A stretch of 64,000 nt of DNA, from positions 1 through 64,000 of the IMG/VR virus record IMGVR_UViG_3300040801_002079; one strand, given 5' to 3'. Positions 1 to 10,708 of this stretch are shown here, one piece after another. The translations under genes and the position numbers were made by a program. Below the pieces are notes generated by a model. The model did no database searches. It was given only the letters and a program-made list of their open reading frames with translations, and was not told the origin of the DNA. Position 1 is the first letter of the stretch; every line of letters begins with the position of its first letter.

Positions 1-188
1 TGTCGGTAAATACCCTGTCGAAATTCAATTAACATCTACTATTAGCCTTTTTTAGTATTTATAACAAAATACAAATTTGGATATAGGCTACTGGTGTTGG
101 TTCTTAAGAGCTTAACAGAGTCCAAATTAGTCTCTGATAATACTAGAGTCGAATTAGACTGTCTTGGCTACAAACTGTCCATACTATT

Positions 189-923
189 TTAAAGCTCGGA
201 GTAAGCAACGCCGTCACCGCCGTTGTAGTGCCCCGCTACTTCCTCATCTGTAAGCTTCCTCAACCAAATCCTGTTTGCACCCTGATAACCTTTAAAATCA
301 ACCGAACTTGACCATGTACTGCCATATGCCAAGTAACAAGTGGATGGGAAGGTGATGGCTTGTGTTCCGGATACGTCCGATGCTCCGTTAAGGTACGTCT
401 GAACGGTGTTTGTAGCTGAATCGTAAGTCGCTCCTATCAGATACCATGTATTGTCTGATAATTGTGGTGTCATATGAAGCGTTAACCCACCAGTAGCCAC
501 TGAAATAGACGGGCATCTTGAAATATCACCTGCATCGGTTGGAATAACAATAGCCGACAAAGCATAAGGGTCCGATAAGCTGGTACTGCCCTGAAGCCTT
601 GTAATAGCAGGCCATTCACTAGAACCTATTGTGACTGTTCTAAACCAGCACAACCATGTAAAATCACCAGAATACTCAGATAACGGAGCAATAGCATCTG
701 TTCTAGCCTGCCACCTACTGACAGAACCCCGCCCACCACCTATATTTGCTGGTGCATCAGGAGCCGCACCAAGACTGATCGCGGGGTCAATTGGGTACGA
801 GCCAGCGGAATCGGAGCAATACTCAGTGCTGGCTGATCCTTCAAACTCGTGAGCAAGAAGGATGTCGCTCCATAAATCCAAAGTATTAAGTCTCTGCTGA
901 TTAACCACACCAAGAGGGATCAT
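189..923 (-). CDS. LamG/concanavalin A-like lectin domain protein, putative virion fibre component
   Basis: FTWLCWFRT...NTWYLIGATYD...TYLNG...RIWLRKLTDEEVAGHYN pattern of LamG_3; C-terminal YSEL shared with the neighbouring gene. Confidence 0.7.
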   Translation of the reverse strand: MIPLGVVNQQRLNTLDLWSDILLAHEFEGSASTEYCSDSAGSYPIDPAISLGAAPDAPANIGGGRGSVSRWQARTDAIAPLSEYSGDFTWLCWFRTVTIGSSEWPAITRLQGSTSLSDPYALSAIVIPTDAGDISRCPSISVATGGLTLHMTPQLSDNTWYLIGATYDSATNTVQTYLNGASDVSGTQAITFPSTCYLAYGSTWSSSVDFKGYQGANRIWLRKLTDEEVAGHYNGGDGVAYSEL

Positions 924-2416
924 GCCAACTCCGAGTAACTTCGACCAGTCCCACTGTTATAGAGCCAAAGAACTTCAGCCATACTGAGAGGTTGAATAGA
1001 CAGGCCCACTCTATTCATTGCCCCCATAAAGTACATGCGATTGGAAGTAAACCCCCTACGACCAACATTGAATGTATCCCCATCAGCATCTGATCTTCCA
1101 GAAATAGCAACGGACTCAAATGCTCCACCGTTTACACTGATTCCATGCCAACCATCTATTTGGTTAAAGGTCATGCAAACAAAATAAGGTGTATTTGTTT
1201 GAGCAATCTCTGTACTATAAGAGATGCTATCAGTATCAGAAACAATCACACGACTGAAAAATGTCTCATCTCCCGCAATTCCCATTGCCCAAGACTCTCC
1301 TGCAATTGAAGAGGTACCATTATCAGTCACTGCAAGAAGATACGACCAGTTATCTAAATAATAGGGAACGAACCAACCCCATACGCTAAATCCCAAATAT
1401 CCACGGAGGTAGCCTTCATCAGCGGAATTATAGAGATTAGAAGCTCCTGCGCCATCTGAAGTCGTATTTATAAAATGTGCTGCCCTTCCAATATCAGGGT
1501 CTTCGACTGAGGGAACATACAGACCACCATTATCGGTCAGATCAATGTCACGATGAGAATCAACACGAGTTACCAGCCCTGTACCAGCACTGTACTCATC
1601 CATTTCCCACCAAGAAACGAGCTTTGATAGAAATGTGTTTGGTATAGGTGGATTAGGATGAAACCCTGTAACAACTACTTCTTCATCGGATACAGTAATT
1701 GTGCCGCTTTGGGTCATGTTTCCAGCACTACCCTTGTTATTGGACATGCATCCATGTTCGTTCCAATAAAGCGGCTGACTACCCCATTCAGTCCAATTAT
1801 CTTCATCTAACTTTTTAATATCATTATTATCATCAAAAAATATAGTAGGATCAGTAATATAAACTCCACCAAATCCCAATGCACCAATTGCTCCAGTAAA
1901 ATAATTAGATGATGCCCACCACGCTTTCCCTGCTGAATAAGAGCATGAGCTTGCTGTAATAGTGGTGGTGGTTGGGGCCACACGACTCACCCAACCAGTA
2001 TTATCTGCGTCCTCACCGTCAACAAAGAGAACTGCGGTGCCATTAGTTGCATCATAAGCAAATAAAATTGAGTGCTTCTTACCATCTAAAATATCAACAT
2101 TTGATGCTAAAGCAACTTTTTCTACACCTGAAGTTTGACAACGGAAAGACATTCGATTGATTAAAGCACTATCTGTCGTTGAATCCCCGTGTGCGTAAGC
2201 TAACACAGTAGAAGAAGTAGAAACTCCACCATTAAAAACAATATAAGTATCAGTCCCTGAAATGGGGGTGGCCTGAATTATACATACGAAAGTAAACACA
2301 TTACCTGAAAGACTTGCGCTACCGCTATAGCTAGAGCTTCCGCTATACTCCATCATCGCGGGTTTGTATACGTCTCGAATGTTAACGCTTGGAAAATGTG
2401 TGCTTAGATTGGTCAT
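920..2416 (-). CDS. Protein with two LamG-like domains, putative virion fibre
   Basis: LDGKKHSILFAYD...LFVDG and KLVSWWEMDE...FSVWGWF...LSMAEVLWLYNSG motifs. Confidence 0.65.
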   Translation of the reverse strand: MTNLSTHFPSVNIRDVYKPAMMEYSGSSSYSGSASLSGNVFTFVCIIQATPISGTDTYIVFNGGVSTSSTVLAYAHGDSTTDSALINRMSFRCQTSGVEKVALASNVDILDGKKHSILFAYDATNGTAVLFVDGEDADNTGWVSRVAPTTTTITASSCSYSAGKAWWASSNYFTGAIGALGFGGVYITDPTIFFDDNNDIKKLDEDNWTEWGSQPLYWNEHGCMSNNKGSAGNMTQSGTITVSDEEVVVTGFHPNPPIPNTFLSKLVSWWEMDEYSAGTGLVTRVDSHRDIDLTDNGGLYVPSVEDPDIGRAAHFINTTSDGAGASNLYNSADEGYLRGYLGFSVWGWFVPYYLDNWSYLLAVTDNGTSSIAGESWAMGIAGDETFFSRVIVSDTDSISYSTEIAQTNTPYFVCMTFNQIDGWHGISVNGGAFESVAISGRSDADGDTFNVGRRGFTSNRMYFMGAMNRVGLSIQPLSMAEVLWLYNSGTGRSYSELA

Positions 2417-3150
2417 AGCATATTCCTCGGTGTCTTGAAAGGGGCTGTATATCGGGCAGTTCCATTAGTGAATCGCCACATAGCTATTTCACCATCAATG
2501 CTACCATTACTATCCCAATCTAAAATTCCCATGCCATTGGTAGAATAACTATGATCCATATCTGTTGTGCTACCATCTAAATACCCGTCAATCCAAAGCT
2601 TAGTTACTCCGCTTTCCCTTGTAACCGCAATATGATGCCATTCACCATCTGATACATTGATAGTACCTTCAAGCGGATATGTGCCAATAAATAAATCCAC
2701 TTGCGTAAGAATCATTATTCTTGGGTTGCCAGTTCCATTATCTGCTAAGCGATCATTAGCCCAGAGTGAGGGTGCCTGACTTACAATACTTCCACTTGTA
2801 GTTTTAAGCCATGACTCGACGGTGTAATCTCCAGTTCCTATATCAAGTGCTGGGTCATCATCAATACCTATACCTTGTGCTGCTGAACGAGTAAATACAA
2901 AAGAAGGTATGCCTGATGCAAAACCATCTACTGTTTTCGTCACACTTCCAAGATTTGTAAGAGTAATTCCATTACCTGCATCATTAACTGCTAGATCAGA
3001 CTGCATTAGCACAGTTGGAGCAACATTAGGTAAAGGTGTTCCGACTTTACCATTTGGGCCATAGGCAATAACTCCGTGAAGTAAATCTGATGCTTCAACA
3101 GTTGCATCACTTGTAATATAAGCTTTTTTAAGATCAGAAAGATTACCCAT
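2413..3150 (-). CDS. LamG domain protein
   Basis: GTGDYTVESWLK...DGEWHHIAVTRESG...LWIDG...WRFTNGTARYTAPF; start moved to the ATG at 3150, which overlaps the upstream stop (MGNLSDL resembles MTNLSTH of the next gene). Confidence 0.75.
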   Translation of the reverse strand: MGNLSDLKKAYITSDATVEASDLLHGVIAYGPNGKVGTPLPNVAPTVLMQSDLAVNDAGNGITLTNLGSVTKTVDGFASGIPSFVFTRSAAQGIGIDDDPALDIGTGDYTVESWLKTTSGSIVSQAPSLWANDRLADNGTGNPRIMILTQVDLFIGTYPLEGTINVSDGEWHHIAVTRESGVTKLWIDGYLDGSTTDMDHSYSTNGMGILDWDSNGSIDGEIAMWRFTNGTARYTAPFKTPRNML

Positions 3151-4970
3151 TATGCTGTCCCTCCAATCACATACCACGTATCTCCACCTTCGCAGAGAAT
3201 GGTTACAGCATCACCTTGCGGGACTGTATTCGCAGTGCTGGCAAGCGTGTCTGAGCCTGCAACGGTAATCGTGACGATACCTGCACCCTTATTGTATAGA
3301 TTCAATGTTTCACCATCAGCAGCAAGTCCATCAGGAATATCATAGGTGCTGGCACTGCCATTGTTAGCTGTAACACATTTAGTCAGATCAGCTTCTGTAA
3401 AACTGTACGTGGTTCCAGTCTGAGCATTTGTTGCAGAAAATCCTGTAGCAAAATCGTTAACATTGACAATCTGTGGCGTACCATCCCAAGAGACTTCCCA
3501 ATTGGTATTAGCACTGTCATACATAATGTCAACAGAGCCTTCGTTTTGATCGATAACAGCCGTTGTATCACTGTCAATCGTTTCAGCGCCATTTGGAGTA
3601 ATGGTAATGGGGTATGTTCCAGCAACATGGCCCACATCATGTATGATAATGTTATCAAGATTGGTTCCAGCCGGGAGTGTGACAGCTACTGGTCCACCTG
3701 AACTATCTACGTAATACTTTTTACCTGCTTCTGCTGTGAAATCAGCCGTTTTGAGTTCCGGGGTAAGCCCGCCGCCACTACTTAAGCTTAGTGAGTAAAG
3801 TGGAACCCACTCAGTAGTGGCTCTTTTCCATAAAACCACACTTTGACCAACATCAAGTGTAATTGCCCCACCGGTTAGGGTGTCTGTGTTTGTATCAATC
3901 GTGGTTGTTCCTGCACCGCGCTGTAAAATCTCAATTCTAGAATCAACAGGGAACGCTACGCTAGAGTTATCAGGTATTGTTACGGCATTGGCACTTACAT
4001 TATCCATTTCAACTACAGCGCCCATATCAGCATATGTTAATGTATATGTTGTTCCGGTTTGCAAGTTTTGATGTGGAAATGGACCAACAAGATTGCCCGT
4101 ACTCACGTAACTGCCATCTTTTTGAACAATGTCTGTATCTACATTGTATTCATAGCTAGCCATATTAGTAAATGTTAATGTGCCACCAACATATACAAAC
4201 GACCTTCCATAAACGTCAATACCGCCATCAGAATTGGATATTGAACATGTTCCGGTTAGCGTCAGGGTTGATCCATCAGAAACTTCGTATACAATCCATC
4301 CACCATTATTGTTATCAACAGCAACAGACACAATATCAATATAAGAATTCTGATAAGCACTTATAAGAGAATCAAATGTGCTGGCAACTGAAGTTACAGA
4401 TGATGAACTCAGTTTGAAATATGAATTGTAAACATATGCTAAGCAGTCAATACCGGTAAAATCACATGATATTAACTGTACGATACTATTATATGCCTCA
4501 AAAGCATAAGGTGCGGTTGTAGCTATGCTGGTGAATGTTATATTTGAAAACCTAACATCCATTCCATCAAATCTTAAAGCATAGTAGTACCCTGCCTCGT
4601 TATCATCAATCTGTATAAATGTCGTTGCTTTGTTGGCACCATTAAACCGTAAATGATTTATGCCTTCCTTTTTCAATCGATACGATGTTGAGTCAGGAAT
4701 TGAGTAAGTTCCAGCAACAACTGTAACATAAATTACCGCATCCTTAAATTCTGTTGTCTGTAAATAATCTATTACCTCTGCAAAAGTGGTATAGTCTCCA
4801 CCTCCACCAGCATCTAGTGTTATACCTACAAACCCAGTAACTTTTTGACTATCGTCGTAAGTTCTTAAATCTTCCGGAGTTAATTTAACACTCGCAGCAC
4901 TTTGTACACCTATAAGCTCTTCTGCTCCAGTTAAGGGTGATGCACTTGGGTATGTTCCTATCTTAGCCAT
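3150..4970 (-). CDS. Fibre/adhesin with pectin-lyase-like beta-helix and repeated C-terminal fibre modules
   Basis: GGDYTTFAEVIDYL...AGTY beta-helix cap; two copies of N-x-QTGTTY(T/S)...D module; FTAEAGKKYYVDSSGGPVAVTLP module. Confidence 0.65.
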   Translation of the reverse strand: MAKIGTYPSASPLTGAEELIGVQSAASVKLTPEDLRTYDDSQKVTGFVGITLDAGGGGDYTTFAEVIDYLQTTEFKDAVIYVTVVAGTYSIPDSTSYRLKKEGINHLRFNGANKATTFIQIDDNEAGYYYALRFDGMDVRFSNITFTSIATTAPYAFEAYNSIVQLISCDFTGIDCLAYVYNSYFKLSSSSVTSVASTFDSLISAYQNSYIDIVSVAVDNNNGGWIVYEVSDGSTLTLTGTCSISNSDGGIDVYGRSFVYVGGTLTFTNMASYEYNVDTDIVQKDGSYVSTGNLVGPFPHQNLQTGTTYTLTYADMGAVVEMDNVSANAVTIPDNSSVAFPVDSRIEILQRGAGTTTIDTNTDTLTGGAITLDVGQSVVLWKRATTEWVPLYSLSLSSGGGLTPELKTADFTAEAGKKYYVDSSGGPVAVTLPAGTNLDNIIIHDVGHVAGTYPITITPNGAETIDSDTTAVIDQNEGSVDIMYDSANTNWEVSWDGTPQIVNVNDFATGFSATNAQTGTTYSFTEADLTKCVTANNGSASTYDIPDGLAADGETLNLYNKGAGIVTITVAGSDTLASTANTVPQGDAVTILCEGGDTWYVIGGTA

Positions 4971-5005
4971 AATTTTTCCTCAAAATATATTTATTAAAGT
5001 CCCGT

Positions 5006-5860
5006 TTATTCCTCTAATATCGGATTACCCGACTCATCTAATATAGTTCCACCAGATTCATCTAAGAATGCTCCACCAACTCCGCCCGATGGTGTTGGGG
5101 TTACCGTATTCGTTGGAGTAACCGTAGGAGTAGCAGTAGCTGTATTAGCTGGTGTAACGGTTGGAGTAATCGTTTGTGTTGGAGTTACTGTATTTGTTGG
5201 AGTTACTGTATTTGTTGGCGTAACGGTTGGAGTAACGGTTTGGGTCGCTCCAATGGATGCCGTAGGAGTAACGGTAGCTGTAGGAGTAACGGTTTGTGTG
5301 GGTGTAACGGTCACAGTTGGAGTTACTGTAGCTGTAACAGACGGGGTTGGTGTAACAGTAGCTGTAACTGTTGGCGTAACAGTAGCTGTAACTGTTGGTG
5401 TAGCTGTGGTCGTAGGCGTAACTGTCGGAGTAACTGTGCTCGTTGGAGTAACCGTAACCGTTGGTGTAACAGTGCTCGTTGGTGTAACAGTGCTCGTTGG
5501 TGTCACCGTTGGAGTAGATGTTAATGTTGGAGTTGGAGTTGGAGATGGGTTAATAACATCGTCACATTCGCAGTTCTGGTTAGTATAAAACAACACATTA
5601 CAAAACCCAGATTGCTCATCAAAGAATTCAATAACAATAGTATCATTATCTTCAATTACAATAGACTCTGGAATCAATAAACTACCAGTATCATCAAACA
5701 CTTGAATGTTAATTGATTCTGTATCATATACATGATTTAATGTCCAAACACTACTCTTCTCCGTAAATAAAAACTGTTCCAATTTTACACAAAGTTTATG
5801 AGACTTACTTATTACATAGCCCCCGGTTTTGGTGTCAACAAATAATTTACCTAGTCTCAT
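5006..5860 (-). CDS. Putative virion protein with long Thr/Pro/Val low-complexity stalk
   Basis: About 150 aa of TPTVT repeats; N-terminal WTLNH...VFD...IVIEF module; acidic C-terminal LDESG repeat. Confidence 0.65.
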   Translation of the reverse strand: MRLGKLFVDTKTGGYVISKSHKLCVKLEQFLFTEKSSVWTLNHVYDTESINIQVFDDTGSLLIPESIVIEDNDTIVIEFFDEQSGFCNVLFYTNQNCECDDVINPSPTPTPTLTSTPTVTPTSTVTPTSTVTPTVTVTPTSTVTPTVTPTTTATPTVTATVTPTVTATVTPTPSVTATVTPTVTVTPTQTVTPTATVTPTASIGATQTVTPTVTPTNTVTPTNTVTPTQTITPTVTPANTATATPTVTPTNTVTPTPSGGVGGAFLDESGGTILDESGNPILEE

Positions 5861-5864
5861 AATA

Positions 5865-6782
5865 TTATCCTGATACCGTTGGGGTTATAGTCATAGTCGG
5901 TGTAACCGTTTGTGTTGGAGTTACCGTATTCGTTGGTGTAACCGTTGGTGTAACTGTTTGTGTAGCCGCAACAGTGGGCGTAACTGTTTGTGTAGGCGTA
6001 ATAGTTGGTGTTAATGTTGGTGTCACCGTTGGTGACGGCGTAATAGTAGCAGTGACTGTCGGTGTTGCAGTATTTGTAGGAGTCACTGTCGGAGTTACTG
6101 TGCTTGTAGCTGTAAGTGTTGGGGTCACACTATGAGTTGGTGTAACAGATGGATCAGGAGTGACCGCAGCCGTCTGTGTTGGAGTATTCGTTGGTGTTAC
6201 ATCAGGTGTAGCCAGCGGTGTAACGGTAACAGTTGCCGTCATAGTCGGGGTTAAAGTTGGGGTCTGTGTAGATGCAGCCGTTGGAGTTGGTGTAAGGGTA
6301 TTCGTTGGTGTTACATCTGGGGTTGATGTTTGTGTTGGCGTAACCGTAGCAACAGGGGTAGCTGTAGCTGTAGGAGTAACAGTATTTGTTGGTGTTAAAG
6401 TTGGAGTAACGGTTACGGTCGGAGTTAATGAAGGCTCTGGTGCCAAGCTAACATACTCATAGCCGCAAACGTATATAAAAGTGAACCGCACCATGACTCC
6501 CGGCTCAATTCTTTTTCCAAATGTAATAGTAGCTGAACTGGCTGTATAAGTTATTTTTTCAGGAATTATTAATTTTGGTTTATTATCAATGCCGTGGCTA
6601 TATTCGTATATTTGCGTTAACAGGACATCAACTGCTCTGGGCAGATTAACAGTGTGAGTTAATGGTGGAGATATTGCCGTTGTTGTAAAACCAATGCATG
6701 AACAGTCTTTGCCCTCTCGCAAGACAAGCTCACCGGTATACGCATCATACTGAACTTCTTTAAATGTAGAGATAAAATCCAT
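5865..6782 (-). CDS. Putative virion protein with long Thr/Pro/Val stalk
   Basis: About 185 aa of TPT repeats; late promoter-like AATAAATA just upstream. Confidence 0.65.
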   Translation of the reverse strand: MDFISTFKEVQYDAYTGELVLREGKDCSCIGFTTTAISPPLTHTVNLPRAVDVLLTQIYEYSHGIDNKPKLIIPEKITYTASSATITFGKRIEPGVMVRFTFIYVCGYEYVSLAPEPSLTPTVTVTPTLTPTNTVTPTATATPVATVTPTQTSTPDVTPTNTLTPTPTAASTQTPTLTPTMTATVTVTPLATPDVTPTNTPTQTAAVTPDPSVTPTHSVTPTLTATSTVTPTVTPTNTATPTVTATITPSPTVTPTLTPTITPTQTVTPTVAATQTVTPTVTPTNTVTPTQTVTPTMTITPTVSG

Positions 6783-6871
6783 CTATAATTCCTGTTATAG
6801 ATGTATTTATTAAAAAGGTGTGGCTATAATTCCTTATGGATACCCTATTCCAGAACCACCAATCCCTGTTA

Positions 6872-9175
6872 TTAAGATGGGGTTGGTGTGATGGTTGGAG
6901 TAACGGTTGAAGTAACAGTCTGGGTTGGTGTAACTGTACTAGTGACAGTAACAGTTGGAGTAACCGTGGTTGTGGGTGTAACGGTTGGGGTTAGGCCAGT
7001 TGTAACAGTCGGGGTAACGGTTTGTGTTTGCGTTGGTGTAACTGTTGTAGTTGGCGTAACAGTTGGACTCAAACCTGTTGTAACAGTTGGTGTTGGAGTA
7101 ACTGTACTGGTAGCAGTAATAGTCGGAGTAACAGTTGGAGTGACTGTAGTAGTTGGAGTGACTGTAGCCGTAACCGTAGGAGTTACGGTAGGGGTAACGG
7201 TTAGTCCACCATCTATTATGGTCCAATTATATCCCACTAATAATAATTCTTTTCCATCTACTGGCGCACCCGTGGAATATGTAGCTGACCCAGCATGTAA
7301 TGTAACACTTGAATTTAATGCCTGAGTGGGCCAAGATGTTAATAGCTTATCATAGTTAGTTTCATCAAACGCTGATCCCAGCATTAAATTGGAAAAATCA
7401 TATATTTTCTCAATATTCCATCCGGATACGTCTGGATTAGCAAGTGATGCGCCATTAAATATACCCACAGCATCCACTAGATTCGATGTTATCCAATTGC
7501 TAACATCCGGATTAGCACTTGTTGCATCAGCAAACATGTTAGTCATATCTGTAACATTGGATACGTCCCAATTTGAAACATCGGGATTAGCACTTGCCGC
7601 CCCACTGAACATTTCTCTCATATCGGTAACAGATGATACATTCCACACAGTAACATCGGGATTAGCATTAGTTGCGTTTTTGAACATCTCTGACATATCA
7701 ACAACATTGGATACATTCCAGTTAGCAACATATGGGTTAGCCGTGCTATCCATAAACATTTGCTGCATATTTGTAACTTGCGATATGTTTGGAGCATCCG
7801 TTGCGGTTATTGATAGGTTGGAGCACCCGTAAAATGCCGCACTAAGCGAAGTAAATATCACACTACCCCACTGAGAAACGTCAGTAATCTTATCCTTACT
7901 TCCAGAATTATTGAAGAACCATGCGGGGCATGACCCTACAATTGAAACCGTATATGTGCCCGGACTAGCATATTGGTGTGTAGCGTTGAGCGCATTCCAA
8001 AACGTAACCGTACTCTGTGACCCATCTCCCCAGTCAACAAGCATGTTATAGGAATAACCTTCGCGTAACGGAAGCGTTATTGTTTCATTTGGAGCCGATG
8101 TTGCCCACGTTGTTATAAACGGTTCCGGTGCACCAGAAGCAGTTGGTGTAATTGTGGGAGTTATGGTTTGTGTGGGAGTCACTGTTGGCGTTACAGTTAA
8201 TGCTGGAGCAACATTCGTCAAGACATGTATTTTTTCTTGGATATTAACCAATATGGTGTTTGGTGAAACAACTTTAGCCATGACTTGAGAGCTTTCTTCA
8301 TCTCCAATATCAGTGGTTAAATTGCCCAGTTCATCAACAAAAAGGTTGTGGTTCTCAGGGACGGTCCAATTCCAGTCCTCTCGGTTTTCAACAAAGCCTC
8401 CCGTAATGAGGTGTACCTTTTCCCCAACATTGTAAGCCTTATCTGTTATTCCTATAGCGGCTCTAAATCCATTTCTTGAACCATGATAAACTCTACCATC
8501 ATCACCAATGACAACGCATTTATTCCGACCTAACGCTTCCCCAGCAACAGCATTTAACTGCAATCTATCAAATGATACCTTCTGACTATTTGAAAATGTG
8601 TTATCAAGTGAGTCTATTTCAGTTGCAAAATATTTTGTTCTATCCTTATCATTAGAAAAACTGAAAACGGGACGATCACTTCTATCGAATAATATGGGTC
8701 CAACTCTTCGTTCTATTTTTAAATTACACTGAGAGTAAACTCCAAGCTCGTTTAATTCGCCGTTTTTCCAGTGTGCGGCAAACATTCGTATATGCGTTAT
8801 CCATCTGCCGCCATTCCAAATTTTTAATTTATTATCAGTTCTATCAAAAAAGTGTTGACCCTTAACAGGTGAAGGGGGCAAGGTTGATCCGTAATCTAAT
8901 GGGTTATGAATAGTTGTTGTTCCATATTTTAATTGACCCGTTATTCGGTCAATTTCCCAATATAGCCAAACCGAATCTTCATTTTTAGGAAGCACCCATG
9001 CCTCTTCTACATCTTCCTTTATGGTGTGCAAATAATCTCTTTTACCATGTGCAAATGATAATATAATGTTTGTTTTATTAGCACGAAGACCGACAACTCC
9101 ATTCTTTTCATATAGCATGGAGGGCAAAGTTGGTTTGGATATTATGCCTTGTCGGAAGTACGTTTTCATACTCAA
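6872..9175 (-). CDS. Multidomain virion protein: capsid-cement-like domain, PKD-like domain, DUF285/BspA-like repeats, Thr/Pro stalks
   Basis: AVAGEAL...AIGIT...W..LFV cement-like module; VDWGDG...HQYASPGTYTVSI; repeated NPDVSNWDVSNVTDMxxMF. Confidence 0.7.
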   Translation of the reverse strand: MSMKTYFRQGIISKPTLPSMLYEKNGVVGLRANKTNIILSFAHGKRDYLHTIKEDVEEAWVLPKNEDSVWLYWEIDRITGQLKYGTTTIHNPLDYGSTLPPSPVKGQHFFDRTDNKLKIWNGGRWITHIRMFAAHWKNGELNELGVYSQCNLKIERRVGPILFDRSDRPVFSFSNDKDRTKYFATEIDSLDNTFSNSQKVSFDRLQLNAVAGEALGRNKCVVIGDDGRVYHGSRNGFRAAIGITDKAYNVGEKVHLITGGFVENREDWNWTVPENHNLFVDELGNLTTDIGDEESSQVMAKVVSPNTILVNIQEKIHVLTNVAPALTVTPTVTPTQTITPTITPTASGAPEPFITTWATSAPNETITLPLREGYSYNMLVDWGDGSQSTVTFWNALNATHQYASPGTYTVSIVGSCPAWFFNNSGSKDKITDVSQWGSVIFTSLSAAFYGCSNLSITATDAPNISQVTNMQQMFMDSTANPYVANWNVSNVVDMSEMFKNATNANPDVTVWNVSSVTDMREMFSGAASANPDVSNWDVSNVTDMTNMFADATSANPDVSNWITSNLVDAVGIFNGASLANPDVSGWNIEKIYDFSNLMLGSAFDETNYDKLLTSWPTQALNSSVTLHAGSATYSTGAPVDGKELLLVGYNWTIIDGGLTVTPTVTPTVTATVTPTTTVTPTVTPTITATSTVTPTPTVTTGLSPTVTPTTTVTPTQTQTVTPTVTTGLTPTVTPTTTVTPTVTVTSTVTPTQTVTSTVTPTITPTPS

Positions 9176-9178
9176 TAT

Positions 9179-10648
9179 TTATCCAGACTGTGTTGGCGTT
9201 ATTGTGGGTGTAACCGTCAATGTAGGAGTAACACTTGGGTCGGGGGTTACTTGTGGGGTTACAGTTGGCGTAGCCGTTGGATTCGGGGTGACCGTCATTG
9301 TTGGGGTTACAGTATTTGTTGGGGTGACCGTTGGTGTAACCGTTGATGTAGCCGTTACAGTCGGTGTAACAGTTGGATTTGGTGTAACGGTCTGAGTAAT
9401 TGCTGGCGTTGGTGTTAGTGTTTGAGTTGGAGTTACCGTTGGGGTAACTGTCGCTGTTACACTGATAGTTGGTGTTACAGTTGGCGTTACAGTATTTGTC
9501 GGTGTATTCGTTGGTGTAACTGTTGGCGTTGGGGTTGGACTCAACACTGGGGTTAATGATGGTAATGGTATAGTAATTTCGGGAGTAGGGGGAATCTCCG
9601 TAATTGGAGTTCTTCCCGGTGCATTTTTAACATCCGGATAGGTATTTTCTCTATTGCGGGTCGCCGTATATAGTTCACCATTTTCAAATATAAAATAATC
9701 ATATTGTGTTTTCAACATTTCACCAACATCAATAAGCTTGTTTTTTATTTTATCAACAGATGCATATGGTTCCTTTGAGAGAAGAATAAACAATCCTCTG
9801 CTTGGAATGTCCTGAAATCCCTCGAAATCATCATCAAAATCATAATCAATTTTTAAGAACCGTATTATTGTCCCGTTTGGAATCCCGGTTAAATCAAGTT
9901 CAACATCACTGAATGTTCTAAAATTGGATAAACTTTTACCTTTGGTTGTGTAATGCCTTCGATTTCTTACTAATATCCTATCCCATCCAATCCATGCAGT
10001 ATCGGCCCCATCATCAAACTCTTCAAAGCATGTGACCGGCTCTTCATTGGGTCTCACTGTTTGAATTTCTACAGCTATTCGTTTATCCAGTGTATTAAAA
10101 GGCGTAGGAACAGTTGAATCGGGATATTCAACTATAATTTCAGGTACCGCAATTGTTAATTTACCATTTGATGTTACCTTGACCGGATTCTCAATAGGCT
10201 TAATGAGTTTGGGATTTGAGGGGACAGTGGTTCTAGCCATACAATGTGCTATACCAACTCTGGGTATATCAAAAGCAATGGTTAATGAATCCCTATCCGT
10301 TACCGTCACAGTGTATTGATCTTGATCAAGAATGCGGTAGCCACCATCAATTTGTTCATAAACTACAACAGTGGGTGATGACGATAAGCTATGAAACACT
10401 TTCCATGTTTTAGTAGCAACTGATTGATTATGTTTATATAATAACTTGCGAGGGAAATAGTCTCTTACACCCTCTTGTATGGGAGGAAATGATTCTCTGA
10501 TATTACTAGCGTCTCTTTTAACTTTATAAAGGTTTCCCCTACAGCCATCTGTAATGATACATTTTGAAAATACAGTTAATCCCTCTGTATTCTCAATTTT
10601 ATCAATTTCTCTTTTACAGGTGTTGCACTTATAAGTTATTGTAGACAT
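9179..10648 (-). CDS. Putative virion protein with N-terminal Cys motif and C-terminal Thr/Pro stalk
   Basis: CNTC...C...C N-terminus; WKVFHSL module; about 120 aa of TPT repeats; GATAAATA late promoter at 10671-10678. Confidence 0.65.
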   Translation of the reverse strand: MSTITYKCNTCKREIDKIENTEGLTVFSKCIITDGCRGNLYKVKRDASNIRESFPPIQEGVRDYFPRKLLYKHNQSVATKTWKVFHSLSSSPTVVVYEQIDGGYRILDQDQYTVTVTDRDSLTIAFDIPRVGIAHCMARTTVPSNPKLIKPIENPVKVTSNGKLTIAVPEIIVEYPDSTVPTPFNTLDKRIAVEIQTVRPNEEPVTCFEEFDDGADTAWIGWDRILVRNRRHYTTKGKSLSNFRTFSDVELDLTGIPNGTIIRFLKIDYDFDDDFEGFQDIPSRGLFILLSKEPYASVDKIKNKLIDVGEMLKTQYDYFIFENGELYTATRNRENTYPDVKNAPGRTPITEIPPTPEITIPLPSLTPVLSPTPTPTVTPTNTPTNTVTPTVTPTISVTATVTPTVTPTQTLTPTPAITQTVTPNPTVTPTVTATSTVTPTVTPTNTVTPTMTVTPNPTATPTVTPQVTPDPSVTPTLTVTPTITPTQSG

Positions 10649-10652
10649 AAAA

Positions 10653-10688
10653 TTCCCATCCGGATATTGGTATTTATCCGGATGGGAA
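10653..10688 (-). promoter_or_regulatory. 14-bp hairpin overlapping the late promoter and RBS of 9179..10648
   Basis: ttcccatccggata / tatccggatgggaa perfect inverted repeat; GATAAATA spans the loop and upstream arm. Confidence 0.7.
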
Positions 10689-10708
10689 ATTCCTTAACTT
10701 CAACTATT

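Noticed and set aside
5174-9395. + strand ORFs rich in VGVTV or C/W/S/N repeats (5174, 5253, 6160, 6888, 7022, 9066; likewise 16956 and 17634 on -)
   Set aside because: Antisense shadows of Thr/Pro/Val codon repeats; the opposite strand carries the RBS, promoters and globular domains
5090-9560. TP-coding DNA as a CRISPR array or satellite
   Set aside because: Repeats are codon-degenerate and in frame, with no constant repeat and unique spacer structure
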